From Cyanobacteria bacterium P01_F01_bin.150 (lineage in GTDB: Bacteria > Cyanobacteriota > Cyanobacteriia > CAKZMO01), in NCBI GenBank assembly GCA_039189765.1, contig JBCCYL010000008.1, positions 1 to 64,000 of the forward strand: a stretch of DNA of 64,000 nucleotides, written 5' to 3'. The translations under genes and the position numbers were made by a program. How positions within the stretch are numbered: position 1 is the first letter of the stretch; each line of letters starts with the position of its first letter. The notes beneath the pieces are model-generated. The model made no database searches. It was given only the letters and a program-made list of their open reading frames with translations, and was not told where the DNA came from. Below are positions 22,328 through 33,147 of the stretch, in pieces.

Positions 22328-23938
22328 ATGACTCTACAAGAACTTGATCAACCGATATCAACGTCTTCAATTAAAGATGTGAATCGTCAAATGATTGTCA
22401 TTCTAGACTTTGGTTCACAATACTCCGAACTCATTGCCCGTCGTATTCGTGAAACTCAGGTTTATTCGGAAGTGTTGTCTTATCGGACATCTGTAGAAGA
22501 CTTAAAACAGTTAAATCCAAGAGGCATTATTCTTTCAGGTGGCCCCAGTTCGGTTTATGACGCGTATGCCCCTCAATGTGATCCAGCCATTTGGCATTTA
22601 GGCGTGCCCATTCTTGGCGTTTGCTATGGCATGCAGCTAATGGTGAAACAGTTGGGTGGCACGGTTGAACAGGCAGATCGCGGAGAGTATGGTAAGGCAG
22701 CTTTAAAAATTGATGATCCAACAGATTTACTGACTAATGTCGAAAATGACTCCACGATGTGGATGAGTCATGGTGATTCTGTCACCCAATTACCTGAAGG
22801 ATTCGATATTTTAGCCCATACAGACAACACCCGATGTGCAGCGATCGCGAATGCCAAGCAAAATCTATATGGTGTTCAGTTTCATCCAGAAGTTGTTCAT
22901 TCAAGATGTGGGCAGTCTCTGATTTGTAATTTCGTTTATCACATTTGTAAATGTGAACCCACTTGGACCACAGAAGCCTTCGTAGAAGAATCAATTCGTG
23001 AAATCCGGGCACGCGTTGGCGATAAACGAGTATTGCTTGCTCTATCTGGTGGCGTTGATTCATCAACCCTGGCATTTTTGTTACATCGGGCAATTGGCGA
23101 TCAATTGACCTGTATGTTTATCGATCAGGGGTTTATGAGGAAAAAAGAACCGGAAAATTTAATTGAGCTATTTGATAAAAAATTCCACATTTCTGTTGTT
23201 TATATTAATGCTCGAGAACGTTTTCTAGCCCAAGTAGATGGGGTGACGGACCCAGAAGAAAAGCGTAAGCGCATTGGTCATGAGTTTATCCGCGTTTTTG
23301 AAGAAGAGTCAAAGCGTCTAGGACCTTTTGACTATTTAGCCCAAGGTACCCTTTATCCCGACGTCATCGAATCTGCTGATACCAACGTTGATCCCAAAAC
23401 CGGTGAGCGAGTTGCTGTTAAGATCAAGAGCCACCACAATGTTGGTGGTCTACCTAAAGATCTAAGATTTAAACTAGTTGAACCTCTTCGTAAATTATTC
23501 AAAGACGAGGTCCGCAATGTAGGACGTTCTGTTGGACTACCAGAGGAAATCGTGCGTCGCCATCCATTTCCAGGACCAGGTTTGGCAATTCGCATCCTCG
23601 GAGAAGTCACATCAGAACGCCTCAATATTCTTCGTGATGCCGACTATATTGTCCGTGACGAAATTGCTAAACAAGGTATGTACCATGATTTTTGGCAAGC
23701 ATTTGCGGTTTTATTACCAGTGAGAAGTGTTGGTGTAATGGGAGATAAAAGAACCTATGCTTATCCCATAGTGCTGCGCTTCGTTTCTAGTGAAGATGGT
23801 ATGACTGCTGACTGGTCCAGGGTTCCCTATGATTTATTAGAAACCATCTCTAACCGGATTGTTAATGAGGTCGAAGGAGTGAATCGAGTCGTTTATGATG
23901 TCACCTCAAAACCTCCCGGAACAATTGAATGGGAGTAG
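22328..23938 (+). CDS. guaA: GMP synthase (glutamine-hydrolysing)
   Basis: [44 protein letters not shown]. Confidence 0.99.
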   Translation: MTLQELDQPISTSSIKDVNRQMIVILDFGSQYSELIARRIRETQVYSEVLSYRTSVEDLKQLNPRGIILSGGPSSVYDAYAPQCDPAIWHLGVPILGVCYGMQLMVKQLGGTVEQADRGEYGKAALKIDDPTDLLTNVENDSTMWMSHGDSVTQLPEGFDILAHTDNTRCAAIANAKQNLYGVQFHPEVVHSRCGQSLICNFVYHICKCEPTWTTEAFVEESIREIRARVGDKRVLLALSGGVDSSTLAFLLHRAIGDQLTCMFIDQGFMRKKEPENLIELFDKKFHISVVYINARERFLAQVDGVTDPEEKRKRIGHEFIRVFEEESKRLGPFDYLAQGTLYPDVIESADTNVDPKTGERVAVKIKSHHNVGGLPKDLRFKLVEPLRKLFKDEVRNVGRSVGLPEEIVRRHPFPGPGLAIRILGEVTSERLNILRDADYIVRDEIAKQGMYHDFWQAFAVLLPVRSVGVMGDKRTYAYPIVLRFVSSEDGMTADWSRVPYDLLETISNRIVNEVEGVNRVVYDVTSKPPGTIEWE

Positions 23939-23966
23939 AGCAACTATAGAATCTGCCTTATATTGC

Positions 23967-24002
23967 AAAGTATCGGAAGTCCACAAGGATTTACGATACT
24001 TT
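23967..24002 (+). terminator. Hairpin downstream of guaA (probable terminator)
   Basis: AAAGTATCG-G-AAGTCC-acaa-GGATTT-A-CGATACTTT inverted repeat. Confidence 0.55.
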
Positions 24003-24012
24003 CCCCAGTACC

Positions 24013-24173
24013 TGTGGAAAAAATAATTAGACATGTGGAAAACCTGTGGATATTTGTGGAAAACCTGTTAGAAAGCTCGATCTCTTGATCTGAGGGGGTT
24101 TTGGCGATCCAGTTTTTTTAATAATGTCAGTCTAGGCAAAAGTTTTCCACAGGTTTCCACACTATGTGGGATA
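24013..24173. promoter_or_regulatory. DnaA-box cluster (oriC-like or DnaA-regulatory)
   Basis: TGTGGAAAA at 24013, 24034 and 24055; TGTGGATAT at 24045; TTTTCCACA at 24143; GTTTCCACA at 24153; degenerate copies at 24066 and 24165. Confidence 0.75.
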
Positions 24174-24338
24174 GTCATACCCTTCAATAGTCCATATCAA
24201 TTATTTGCTATTCTGATTCTTCATGTGCCTCTTCTCACAGCGAAGACACTGACGATTGCAATTGATCGTATCTGCATTATCTGCTTGAAAATCTGTTATT
24301 ACAGAAGGGTAGTTATCCAAGCATTAAGGAGAACCGTC

Positions 24339-25679
24339 ATGCCGATGGATTGGCAGCGACTTCTTATTCGGCAGCGACTAGGCATGGATTATCCAGAAGG
24401 ACAAGAGTCTGGTAGAACATGCTTTCAGAGAGATTTTGATAGGTTAGTTTTCTCCTCTTCTTTTAGACGTCTCAAGGATAAGACGCAAGTTTTTTCCCTG
24501 GTCGATAACGACTATATTCGTACCCGACTTAGCCATAGTATCGAAGCCTCTTGTGTAGGGCGTTCCCTGGGACGCATTATTGGCGATGCAGTAATTCATC
24601 GTCATCATCTCGGAAAAATGGGGTTTACCGCATCAGATTTTGGTGATATCCTTGCAGCCGCTTGTTTGGCTCACGATATTGGCAATCCCCCTTTTGGCCA
24701 TGTAGGTGAAGATTCAATTAGTCACGCTTTCACTATCTGGAGTCAAACAACTATCGGCAAAGAGATTTTGCATGAGTTAACCCCTCAACAACAGCGAGAT
24801 TTTAGAGCATTTGAGGGCAATGCTCAGGGCTTTAGCATCCTCACTCGTCTAGAAATGTATCCTCGCCATGGCGGCATGTGCCTTACCTGCCCTACCCTAG
24901 CAGCTTTTATGAAATATCCGAGAGAATCTTTTATTCCAGATTTAACCCTGGCCTCTTATCACGGTAAAAGCATTGATAAGCATGGGTTCTTTCAGGCAGA
25001 TAAAGAGGTCTTTGAGGCGATCGCCAATACCGTGGGGCTTTTGAAACGAAGCGATCGTGCCCATTGGTGGGTACGCCATCCATTGGCCCTACTAGTAGAA
25101 GCGGCGGACGATATCTGCTACCGCATTGTTGATATTGAAGATGGCTGCCACATGGGATATGTTTCCCATGATGATGCCCTGGAACTCTTAAGCTCAATTA
25201 CCACAACCTGTAAGCCAGAAAAAGGAGAACGCCCTCAGGAACAATTAAAACGCCTGAGGGCTTGCGCCATCAATACCTTGACCTATGAAGCCGCCGAAAT
25301 TTTTTTGGCCCATGAAGACGAGATCTTAGCAGGTACATTCGACGAAGCGTTATTAGATCGCAGTGAACATGGTCATGTATTGAAAGATATTAAAGTCATC
25401 ACCAAAGACCAGATTTTTGATAACGTTAAAGTGCTTAAAATTCGGATTGCTGCATACGAAGTATTAGGAACATTATTTCAAGAGTTTATTACGTCTGCCT
25501 TTGGAGATAGTGACAAAGGACAACTACTCTGGCAAATTCTGCCAGAACAATACCAATCTCAATCGTCCGATTCAGCCTATATTAAAATTCTCAAAATTAC
25601 GGATTATATTTCGGGCATGACCGATTCCTTTGCCACTAGTCTCTTTCAACAGCTTAAAGGAATGTCCCTTTTAGGATAA
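24339..25679 (+). CDS. dgt: Deoxyguanosinetriphosphate triphosphohydrolase (HD family)
   Basis: RDFDR..SFRRLKDKTQVF, RTRLSHSIE, AHDIGNPPFGH, EAADDICY, DYISGMTD; AAGGAG RBS before the ATG at 24339. Confidence 0.95.
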   Translation: MPMDWQRLLIRQRLGMDYPEGQESGRTCFQRDFDRLVFSSSFRRLKDKTQVFSLVDNDYIRTRLSHSIEASCVGRSLGRIIGDAVIHRHHLGKMGFTASDFGDILAAACLAHDIGNPPFGHVGEDSISHAFTIWSQTTIGKEILHELTPQQQRDFRAFEGNAQGFSILTRLEMYPRHGGMCLTCPTLAAFMKYPRESFIPDLTLASYHGKSIDKHGFFQADKEVFEAIANTVGLLKRSDRAHWWVRHPLALLVEAADDICYRIVDIEDGCHMGYVSHDDALELLSSITTTCKPEKGERPQEQLKRLRACAINTLTYEAAEIFLAHEDEILAGTFDEALLDRSEHGHVLKDIKVITKDQIFDNVKVLKIRIAAYEVLGTLFQEFITSAFGDSDKGQLLWQILPEQYQSQSSDSAYIKILKITDYISGMTDSFATSLFQQLKGMSLLG

Positions 25680-25684
25680 GAGGC

Positions 25685-27904
25685 TTATTTTTCAGTCAGT
25701 ACTTCAGTCACTGTAAAATCTGCTGATGCGAGAACAAACAGAATAGTGGGTAAATTCATCGTGCGCTTTTGCAGGTTTTCATAGTAATCACTGTAATTTT
25801 CCATTGGGGTTGCCATCCCTAGAAAAATCAGATCGGCATTTTGGGACGATTCATGCAGTACTTGGTCAAAACTGCGATTATTGGAGACTAAAACTTGGGG
25901 TTCAGTTTCAATGCGAAATTCATGGGTTAGCCGATCTAAATTAGCGCGGGCAGCCTGAGCCGCTAGCTCATCATTGACCATTAGCTTTAGATGAATGGTA
26001 GCTTTACGCCATGCAATATTGCTACAGAGTAAATCCGCCAACAGCAACATTAATCCACCATTGTCCTGACGTCCGCCCCACCATACATCAATGCGACGTT
26101 TACGGCCAAAGCGGCGATCGCTATTTTCCCTTAAAATCACCACGTTACGCTGGGCCTGATGGAGTTGCGCAATCAGACCGCAATAAGCGTCCCGACGAGT
26201 GGATTCTTCGCTATCACCCAGCAAAATTGTGTTGGGGACCAAGGGACCAATACCATAGGTTTCAACTAGCTGCATTGCCCCCTCAAACGGATCGGGTGCA
26301 GTGACAATGCGCACCAACGCCTGAACGCCTCGCCGATCGAGATAGTCTCGAATGGTTTGCTCCATATTGGTCTGTTGACCGACGTCTCTTGACCCACTGG
26401 GCAATACACTCGATACCGTGACCAAGCCGCGTTTGTGGGTTAGAGCATCCGCTAATTCTACCAACGACCATCGTTTCGCAGGTGATCCCGATAAGGTCAA
26501 AATATGAGGTCGCCAGTTCTTGGCATCTTCGGTAGTCGCGCTCAGTTGCAAAATTCCCGTACGCATTAAGGCCATCCAAATACCCCGTCGCGCATCTCCC
26601 CAAGTTGCTCTCAATTCGCGTCGCTGTAACCAGAAGAAAATGATTAACACAATGACGCCCGCCACAATGGTTGCCAAGGCGTCAATCAAAAACATCACAG
26701 CAACACAACCAATCGCCCCCAGAAGTGACAATGACCAGTGGACCCGAAACGTCGGTCGAAAGGAAGGACTCTGCAATACATCTTCAATAAAGGCCGACAC
26801 ATTCAAAACCAGATAAGTGGTCAAGAAAAACATGGTGAGGACAGGAGCAATGATATTGAGGTCGCCAATACACACAGCACCAACAGACACCACTAAAGTA
26901 ACCATTGTGCCAATACGTGGCTCATCGTCAGGTCCGCTTCCTGTCCCCAAAAAACTCATCCACCGAGGAAGCACACCGTCACGAGCCAATGCTTGCAAGA
27001 CCCGTGGCGCACCCATAATGCTGCCAATGGCGCTGGAAAGAGTTGCGCCCCATACTCCCAACAAAATAGCGGGACCCCACAACGCAATCTGCTGCATTAC
27101 TAGGGGTTCAGTAAGCAGCGTATCCGCATCAGCACGCATTGCCAAAAAGAGCGGCAGTATCATGTAAATGATATAGCCAGTACCGACCGCTGCCAGGGTA
27201 CCAGAGGGAATCGATTGAGTGGGCGTCTTAAGATCGCCGGACATATTGACTCCGGCCATAATCCCAGTAACGGCGGGAAAAAAGACGGCAAATACGCCCC
27301 AAAATGGCTCAGTTGCAGACTCTGGTGGCCCCCAAAATATTCCACTTGCCCCTTCCAGTGGATGTCCCATCCCAAATGACACTAAAGAAACTGCGATCGC
27401 CACCATAATGATGTATTGAGTCCGAATCGCTAAGCTGGCTGAGGCCATCGCCAATACAGCCACAAAGACAGTAGTGCCCAAGGCCACATATACCTGGTTC
27501 CATCCCGTCACAGCGACTACACTCTCAGCAAAGCCCAAAGTATACAGGGCAACGGATAGAGCCTGGGCAAAATACAGCGGAATGCCAACAGCTCCCCCTG
27601 TTTCAATGCCCAAAGAGCGACTAATCATGTAGTAGGCACCACCCACCCTGACGACTCGATCTGTAGCAATCGCACACACGGATAATGCGGTGAGAAACGT
27701 AATAGCGGTGGACAGGGTAACGATAGCCAACGTCCCCAACAATCCAACATTACCGACTACCCAGCCAAAGCGTAGGTACATAATGACCCCAAGAATGGTC
27801 AGGATTGATGGAGTGTAGACCCCCCCAAACGTGCCTAATCCCGTTGCCTCTTCTGAAGATGGCGTCGTGGGGTTAGACGCAGAAAGTTTGAACCAAGATT
27901 TCAT
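25685..27904 (-). CDS. APC-superfamily / cation-chloride cotransporter-like permease
   Basis: LGTFGGVYTPSILTILGVIMYLR, GGAYYMISRSLG, FFPAVTGIMAG, KNWRPHIL, IDVWW; SLC12-like C-terminal domain. Confidence 0.92.
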   Translation of the reverse strand: MKSWFKLSASNPTTPSSEEATGLGTFGGVYTPSILTILGVIMYLRFGWVVGNVGLLGTLAIVTLSTAITFLTALSVCAIATDRVVRVGGAYYMISRSLGIETGGAVGIPLYFAQALSVALYTLGFAESVVAVTGWNQVYVALGTTVFVAVLAMASASLAIRTQYIIMVAIAVSLVSFGMGHPLEGASGIFWGPPESATEPFWGVFAVFFPAVTGIMAGVNMSGDLKTPTQSIPSGTLAAVGTGYIIYMILPLFLAMRADADTLLTEPLVMQQIALWGPAILLGVWGATLSSAIGSIMGAPRVLQALARDGVLPRWMSFLGTGSGPDDEPRIGTMVTLVVSVGAVCIGDLNIIAPVLTMFFLTTYLVLNVSAFIEDVLQSPSFRPTFRVHWSLSLLGAIGCVAVMFLIDALATIVAGVIVLIIFFWLQRRELRATWGDARRGIWMALMRTGILQLSATTEDAKNWRPHILTLSGSPAKRWSLVELADALTHKRGLVTVSSVLPSGSRDVGQQTNMEQTIRDYLDRRGVQALVRIVTAPDPFEGAMQLVETYGIGPLVPNTILLGDSEESTRRDAYCGLIAQLHQAQRNVVILRENSDRRFGRKRRIDVWWGGRQDNGGLMLLLADLLCSNIAWRKATIHLKLMVNDELAAQAARANLDRLTHEFRIETEPQVLVSNNRSFDQVLHESSQNADLIFLGMATPMENYSDYYENLQKRTMNLPTILFVLASADFTVTEVLTEK

Positions 27905-28087
27905 TAATGCAGGTACCTACTAGTGGACAGTCCTGGAAACAATACCCCGATTATGTACTACTTCATGTCAACCATATAAAACACCCCAGCACTTTATATT
28001 TTATTAACTTTTATGGCCAACTCAGAGTCCTGATCCATCTCAACAATTTCAGTATCAAGAAATAACCACTTCGAGATTTATAATTTT

Positions 28088-28285
28088 ATGCTGAATCGAA
28101 CTTTGACACTCCTCTTTTTGAGTGTTGGCCTTTACTATGCTCATATCAGTGGGTTGATTGCGCCCCTTAGTTTCGGTCAATGGCAGACAGTAGAACATCA
28201 AGAAAATGGTACTGATTTACTGGCCCAAGAGTCACCCAACAACATACCCCATCGTGGCAGTGGACGCTGCGATAAACCATGCTGA
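28088..28285 (+). CDS. patX: PatX-like small protein with RGSGR pentapeptide
   Basis: 65 aa; hydrophobic N-terminus and C-terminal LLAQE..PHRGSGR, matching the PatX architecture. Confidence 0.75.
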   Translation: MLNRTLTLLFLSVGLYYAHISGLIAPLSFGQWQTVEHQENGTDLLAQESPNNIPHRGSGRCDKPC

Positions 28286-28336
28286 TACGTTCTGCCAATA
28301 TTGCTATCAGCGTAGCGTAGGACTCTTATTATGGGG

Positions 28337-29422
28337 CTAGTTCATTGTAGACAAGCTAATTCTAGGATCCACAAAGTTTAAAACTAAGTCGGCCAGTAAG
28401 TTTCCAACAATTAACATTACCGCACCCATCATTAAGCTTGCCATCACTAAATATAGGTCTTTAGATAAGATTGCTTGAAGAATCAATGTTCCAAGTCCGG
28501 GCCAATTAAAAAACTTTTCCGTGATAAAAGCACCACTTAACAAAGTAGAAAACTCGAACCCTAATAGGGTAATGAGGGGATTAATGGCATTGCGGAGAGC
28601 ATGGACATAAATAACCCGTGACTCTGGTAAGCCTTTAGCTCGGGCCGTTTGAATATAATCCTGACGTAAAACATCCAAGAGTTCCCCTCGCATAATTCTC
28701 TGTAATCCAGCAAAGCTGGTAATGCTCAGTGCAAGGGTAGGCAAGATCATGTGCCAACCAATATCTAGGATCTTTCCAAAAATATTGAAATCATCATAAT
28801 CAATACTGGTCATGCCGCCAATCGGAAATAAGGGACTGGTCAATTGGGCAAAGAAAAGCAAGAGAAGTCCCGTAATAAGTGTAGGCATTCCTTGGCTAAG
28901 ATAGCTGATGACCCGCAAAAAGCGATCGCTCCACTTATTTTGATTAACGGCTGCCACAATGCCCAGGGGAATGGCGATCGCCCAAGTTACCAAAATTGAA
29001 GCCATGGAAAGAAGGAGCGTAGCGCGAATACGCTCCACCAGGAGCGACGAAATAGAGCGACTATAGGCAAAACTATCACCAAAATCAAAGCGGGTAATCA
29101 CTTGCATCAACCACTTTCTATATTGGGTTAAAACAGACTGATCAAGCCCAAACCGCTGCTCCAAATCAGCAATGGTCTCTGGAGAAATCTGCGGATTTTG
29201 ACGGGCCGCATCTAGAAAATCCCCAGGGGTTAGCTGAATGACTGCAAAACATAGCATCGATGCCAGTAAAAGCGTTAATAGTGCTTGAACAAGCCGCTTA
29301 ACGACGTATCGTGCCGTGTCATTAGGTAAAAGACGAGACAAAAGGGCTAAAATTAGCCGAACAAAAGCATTATCCTTAGAGATCAGACTAGCTAGCATAC
29401 GAGAAAAGGCGGTTAAACGCAT
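28337..29422 (-). CDS. Peptide/nickel ABC transporter permease (DppB/OppB family)
   Basis: YVVKRLVQAL, PGDF, FGLDQ, EAA loop DYIQTARAKGL..HALRNA, WPGLG. Start uncertain. Confidence 0.93.
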   Translation of the reverse strand: MRLTAFSRMLASLISKDNAFVRLILALLSRLLPNDTARYVVKRLVQALLTLLLASMLCFAVIQLTPGDFLDAARQNPQISPETIADLEQRFGLDQSVLTQYRKWLMQVITRFDFGDSFAYSRSISSLLVERIRATLLLSMASILVTWAIAIPLGIVAAVNQNKWSDRFLRVISYLSQGMPTLITGLLLLFFAQLTSPLFPIGGMTSIDYDDFNIFGKILDIGWHMILPTLALSITSFAGLQRIMRGELLDVLRQDYIQTARAKGLPESRVIYVHALRNAINPLITLLGFEFSTLLSGAFITEKFFNWPGLGTLILQAILSKDLYLVMASLMMGAVMLIVGNLLADLVLNFVDPRISLSTMN

Positions 29423-29530
29423 ATTGAGGAGACTAATTGATAAGCAAGAGAGGGCTTGCAATATTTATCAAAAATAAAACCATAGAGACGCAAAAGACAT
29501 CAATGTGAATGGCACCATCCATTGGAGATA

Positions 29531-30046
29531 TTAATATTGCACCAGAGTCTCCACTAAACTACCGCTTGGCAACTGAGAACGGCCTTGTAGAGCTGTTAAC
29601 TCAATTACAAAACCAAACCCGACTAAATACCCTCCTACTTTTTTCACGAGTTCAGCGGTTGCGGCCGCAGTCCCCCCCGTTGCCATCAAGTCATCAACAA
29701 TCAATATTTGACTGCCTGCGTCAAAAGCATCCTGATGGATCTCAAGAGTATCAGTGCCATACTCTAGCTCATAGCTCGCCGAATAAACAGATGACGGCAA
29801 CTTTCCAGGTTTGCGGACAGGTACAAAGCCTACACCCAAGGCATAGGCTAAAGGCGTACCGAAAATAAAACCCCGTGATTCAGTGCCAACAACGTAGTCA
29901 ATTTTATGGTCAGAAAATCGACTGACGAAAGAGTCAATAACAAACTTTAATCCATTAGGATTCTGAAGCAAAGTTGTAATATCTCGAAATATAATCCCGG
30001 ATTTCGGAAAGTCTGGGATGTCACGAATAAGATGCTTTAGATCCAT
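29531..30046 (-). CDS. apt: Adenine phosphoribosyltransferase
   Basis: [43 protein letters not shown]. Confidence 0.98.
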   Translation of the reverse strand: MDLKHLIRDIPDFPKSGIIFRDITTLLQNPNGLKFVIDSFVSRFSDHKIDYVVGTESRGFIFGTPLAYALGVGFVPVRKPGKLPSSVYSASYELEYGTDTLEIHQDAFDAGSQILIVDDLMATGGTAAATAELVKKVGGYLVGFGFVIELTALQGRSQLPSGSLVETLVQY

Positions 30047-30160
30047 TGGTCAAATCGCTTGAGTAACACCTAATTACAATGCATGCATATCCCAGCAATC
30101 TTATCGTATTTAGAGACATGGAGAAGCTCTCTATCAATGGGTCCCTGGTGCATTCATAAA

Positions 30161-30625
30161 TCAGAAAGAGATACGCAATTTATATCCCTCGTGTTTGGTC
30201 TTCTCTCCTTCCAGATCACCTCGTCTCAGAGGATCGATCATTTCAGTAATCTTAGTCGGCTGCGGTTTTACAGACAGAGGACGATGACCAATCAAGTGGT
30301 CTGGTAGATCTCTCAATGAATCTGCACCCAGCCGAATTTGAATATTGGGACCGGAACGAGCTAAGCGAATGACGGTTCCATCCTGAACAGCTACTTTTTC
30401 AATTCGTTTACCTTCCACATAGGTACCATTCGTGCCAAGGTTAACAATATCCCATAGATTTCCTCCCACTTTACGTAGCTCAACATGACGCCGAGATACC
30501 ACGGCACTATATAGAACCACATCATTATCTGTAGAACGCCCAACACGAATAACCGATTCATTGTCAAAGGGCCAAACTTGAATCGGCGTTTGCTTAAGTG
30601 GATGTAGCAGTAGAAGAGTAATCAC
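30161..30625 (-). CDS. FHA domain protein
   Basis: RVGRSTDND..VSRRH..NGTYV. Confidence 0.92.
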   Translation of the reverse strand: MITLLLLHPLKQTPIQVWPFDNESVIRVGRSTDNDVVLYSAVVSRRHVELRKVGGNLWDIVNLGTNGTYVEGKRIEKVAVQDGTVIRLARSGPNIQIRLGADSLRDLPDHLIGHRPLSVKPQPTKITEMIDPLRRGDLEGEKTKHEGYKLRISF

Positions 30626-30745
30626 ATTGATGGTGGCAAGATTTATCCAACAGTACTAAGGAATGAAGGGATGAGAAGAAATTAACGTTTAAGTCTCTTC
30701 CATCTTGGTCAAAATACCACAAGACACATCATGTTCGACTGCACG

Positions 30746-31672
30746 CTAGACAATTTGAACAATAAACGATACTTTGTCTCCCTTCCCCAAAGCAATACGA
30801 TCGCCTGCGCGAAGCATATGCCGATTGCCTGGCATTAAGGGAATATTGTTTACGTAAGTACCATTAGAACTGCCAACATCTTCAATGTAGTAGCTATCGC
30901 CTTCTAAACGAAGGTCAGCATGAACCCGAGAAACAACTTCCGAATCTTTAAAGCCAGATACATCAATATCGGGAGGAACACGATCGTTTGGCTTCCCGAT
31001 ATGAACCACCGATAAATTAGGTGGAACCTCAACCGCTGTATTGGTATATGTGTGGATAAATTGAAGTGATTGACGTTGAATCTGTGTCGCTCTGGAGGAA
31101 GGGAACGGAGATGGAGCAGGAGATTCTAAAGAAACTCTTAATTCGGGGAATCCAGAAGAATTTGGCTCTGCTGGAGAAGGAAAAGGTTCATGATTATTTA
31201 ATTCAGCCTGAGAGTGAGGCGCTACCAACTCTGACATTTCAACAGGTGAAGAGGACTCAAGATCAGGAAGATCGGGCGTCAAGGGTTCTGGCTCAACCAA
31301 TGCCTCAAATTCCGCTAAGTCAGGTACAGTCACTTCAGGAATCTCAACATTACTCCATTGCCCAGATAGAGAGGGTGCTACGGGAGCAGGCTGCTCAGTA
31401 GATGATGGAGATTGAGACTCAGATAAGTTTACATTCCCAGGATCAGAAGACTCTAATGGCACTAATTCCTCCTCAAGACTCGATTGAACAGACGGAGATT
31501 GCTGCATGGCTACGCTTAAATTAGCACCACACTGTCCACAAAAACTCGCATCTGATTGGACTGAAGCACTACAGACAGGACAACTTACCATCGACGGTAA
31601 AGGGGTGTAACATGCCTCACACTGAATGGCGACAGCTGGATTATGGTGGCTGCAGTTGGGACAAACAATCAT
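30746..31672 (-). CDS. fraH: FraH-like double zinc-ribbon + Pro/Ser linker + FHA protein
   Basis: MIVCPNC..CEAC..CPVC..FCGQCG, then FHA (IGKPND..PPDIDVS..VSRVHA..SSNGTY); lies downstream of pgl/devB as in other cyanobacteria. Confidence 0.8.
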   Translation of the reverse strand: MIVCPNCSHHNPAVAIQCEACYTPLPSMVSCPVCSASVQSDASFCGQCGANLSVAMQQSPSVQSSLEEELVPLESSDPGNVNLSESQSPSSTEQPAPVAPSLSGQWSNVEIPEVTVPDLAEFEALVEPEPLTPDLPDLESSSPVEMSELVAPHSQAELNNHEPFPSPAEPNSSGFPELRVSLESPAPSPFPSSRATQIQRQSLQFIHTYTNTAVEVPPNLSVVHIGKPNDRVPPDIDVSGFKDSEVVSRVHADLRLEGDSYYIEDVGSSNGTYVNNIPLMPGNRHMLRAGDRIALGKGDKVSFIVQIV

Positions 31673-31931
31673 GTCATTATCCTTATCAAATACCAGGCAT
31701 GGTGTTGACACTAACTGCCCTATGCAATTAGTTGTGCGACCTCTCTGTTTCGCTGTAACTATGCTAATCCCATCGCCAAAGAGGCCTATGATAAACCCAC
31801 TCTTGACTGGTCACGACCATAGTTAATGCTGTGTGACACCAAGGAACTGACATAGCACTTTCCATGTTCTCAGGAGGTTGACGGTCATTTCCAGATAAAA
31901 ACGACAATATCTAGATTAATTTTTGTTCAAG

Positions 31932-32014
31932 AGCTTGTATTTTAAAATGGTGTTGTGGAAGCGCACTGTGCCCTTACAACACCGTTCAATCTTTCGCTGC
32001 TTCAGTTATAAGCC
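31932..32014 (-). repeat. ~80-bp nested-hairpin dispersed repeat, subtype B
   Basis: Reverse complement GGCTTATAACTGAAG..GAAAGATTGAAC-[GGTGTTGT..ACAACACC]-ATTTTAAAATACAAGC closely matches 5182..5261. Confidence 0.8.
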
Positions 32015-32054
32015 AAAAGACAGAAGCTTCCAAATACTTCTTATATTCAATTCA

Positions 32055-32801
32055 TTATGATCTTTGACCAAAATTGCATTCTCCATCTGCGGCCTGATCT
32101 AGAAGCCACCAGAGATTCCCTGGGGGTTGGATAAACCTAGACGGAAACATCTTGGAATCAATGGAGCTAGATGAAGGGGCCAGTACATTTTGCAATGCAG
32201 TATTTTTATTAGCTCCAGACACTAGAAAAATTGTGGTCTTCGCATGATTCAGCAAAGGAATAGTCAATGTAATCCTTATGCTGTCTTGCTTATTCCCTAC
32301 AGTAACCCACCGATCACGCACCTCCAAGGCCGGAGTATTGGGAAACAGAGATGCAGTATGGCCATCATCTCCCATACCTAACAGCACCAGATCTAGGACA
32401 GGAAAATGATCGGCCTCAACTTGAAAAAAGTCCTTCAGCTCTTTTTCATAGGCATCGGCCGCGATCGCAGGGTCATCCATTCCCGTGGGCATGGGATGAA
32501 TATTATTAGCCGGAATACTGACGTGGTTCAGCCATGCACTACGCGCCATCCTTTCATTACTGTCTGGATGATCTGGCGCAACATAGCGTTCATCTCCCCA
32601 AAAAATATGGAGCTTTGACCAATCAATCGATTCTTTAGCCAACGCTTCATACAGTGGCTTTGGTGTACTCCCTCCGGCAAGGGCCATAGTGCAACGACCT
32701 TGTGTTGCAATAGAATCTTGAATGATGTCACAGACTATCTGGCGCGATCGCTCCACAATAGCCGCCTTGTCCGACAAGATTTCAATCCTACGACGACTCA
32801 T
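32055..32801 (-). CDS. pgl: 6-phosphogluconolactonase
   Basis: ALAGGSTP, FWGDERYV, DSNERM, LGMGDDGHTASLFP, RITLT. Confidence 0.97.
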   Translation of the reverse strand: MSRRRIEILSDKAAIVERSRQIVCDIIQDSIATQGRCTMALAGGSTPKPLYEALAKESIDWSKLHIFWGDERYVAPDHPDSNERMARSAWLNHVSIPANNIHPMPTGMDDPAIAADAYEKELKDFFQVEADHFPVLDLVLLGMGDDGHTASLFPNTPALEVRDRWVTVGNKQDSIRITLTIPLLNHAKTTIFLVSGANKNTALQNVLAPSSSSIDSKMFPSRFIQPPGNLWWLLDQAADGECNFGQRS

Positions 32802-33069
32802 ATAGAAATAGTCCTCACTCAATATTATTAAAGCTGATCGCGGGTTTCGCCCCTGCTTTAAGCATGTACTCCGTGCCCATACTACATCCTAGATCGACTA
32901 CCCGTTCTTGAGACTAACCTTGTTTATAGAAGAGACCACAGAACCAAACGAATCCTTAAGAAATGAAAATTGCAGATTCTTGAGCAACATCTATCGGGAC
33001 AACATCTAGCAGGCGATGGGGTCCCACATGGGTTCGAACGCTCTTTATTTGAATGTTGTTAAGGCAAAG

Positions 33070-33147
33070 GGGGACCAACTTGAGGCAGTAGTGGAGACTC
33101 TTTAAGCCCCCACTACTGTTCATTTTATTTCGGCTTAAAACGAAGCA
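33070..33147 (+). repeat. ~80-bp nested-hairpin dispersed repeat, subtype A (degenerate)
   Basis: GGGACCAACTTGAGG-[CAGTAGTGG..CCACTACTG]-TTCATTTTATTTCGGCTTAAAACGAAGC, similar to 54309..54389. Confidence 0.65.

Noticed and set aside
24339..25679. dGTPase as an anti-phage defence gene
   Set aside because: It sits among core genes with normal HIP1 content and no defence-island neighbours; nothing in the sequence separates it from housekeeping dGTPases.
33015..33125. tRNA-like GGTTCGAA loop, or an sRNA with terminator, upstream of the hpsJ-like gene
   Set aside because: No cloverleaf or T-stem pairing; the downstream hairpin is explained as a copy of the dispersed repeat.
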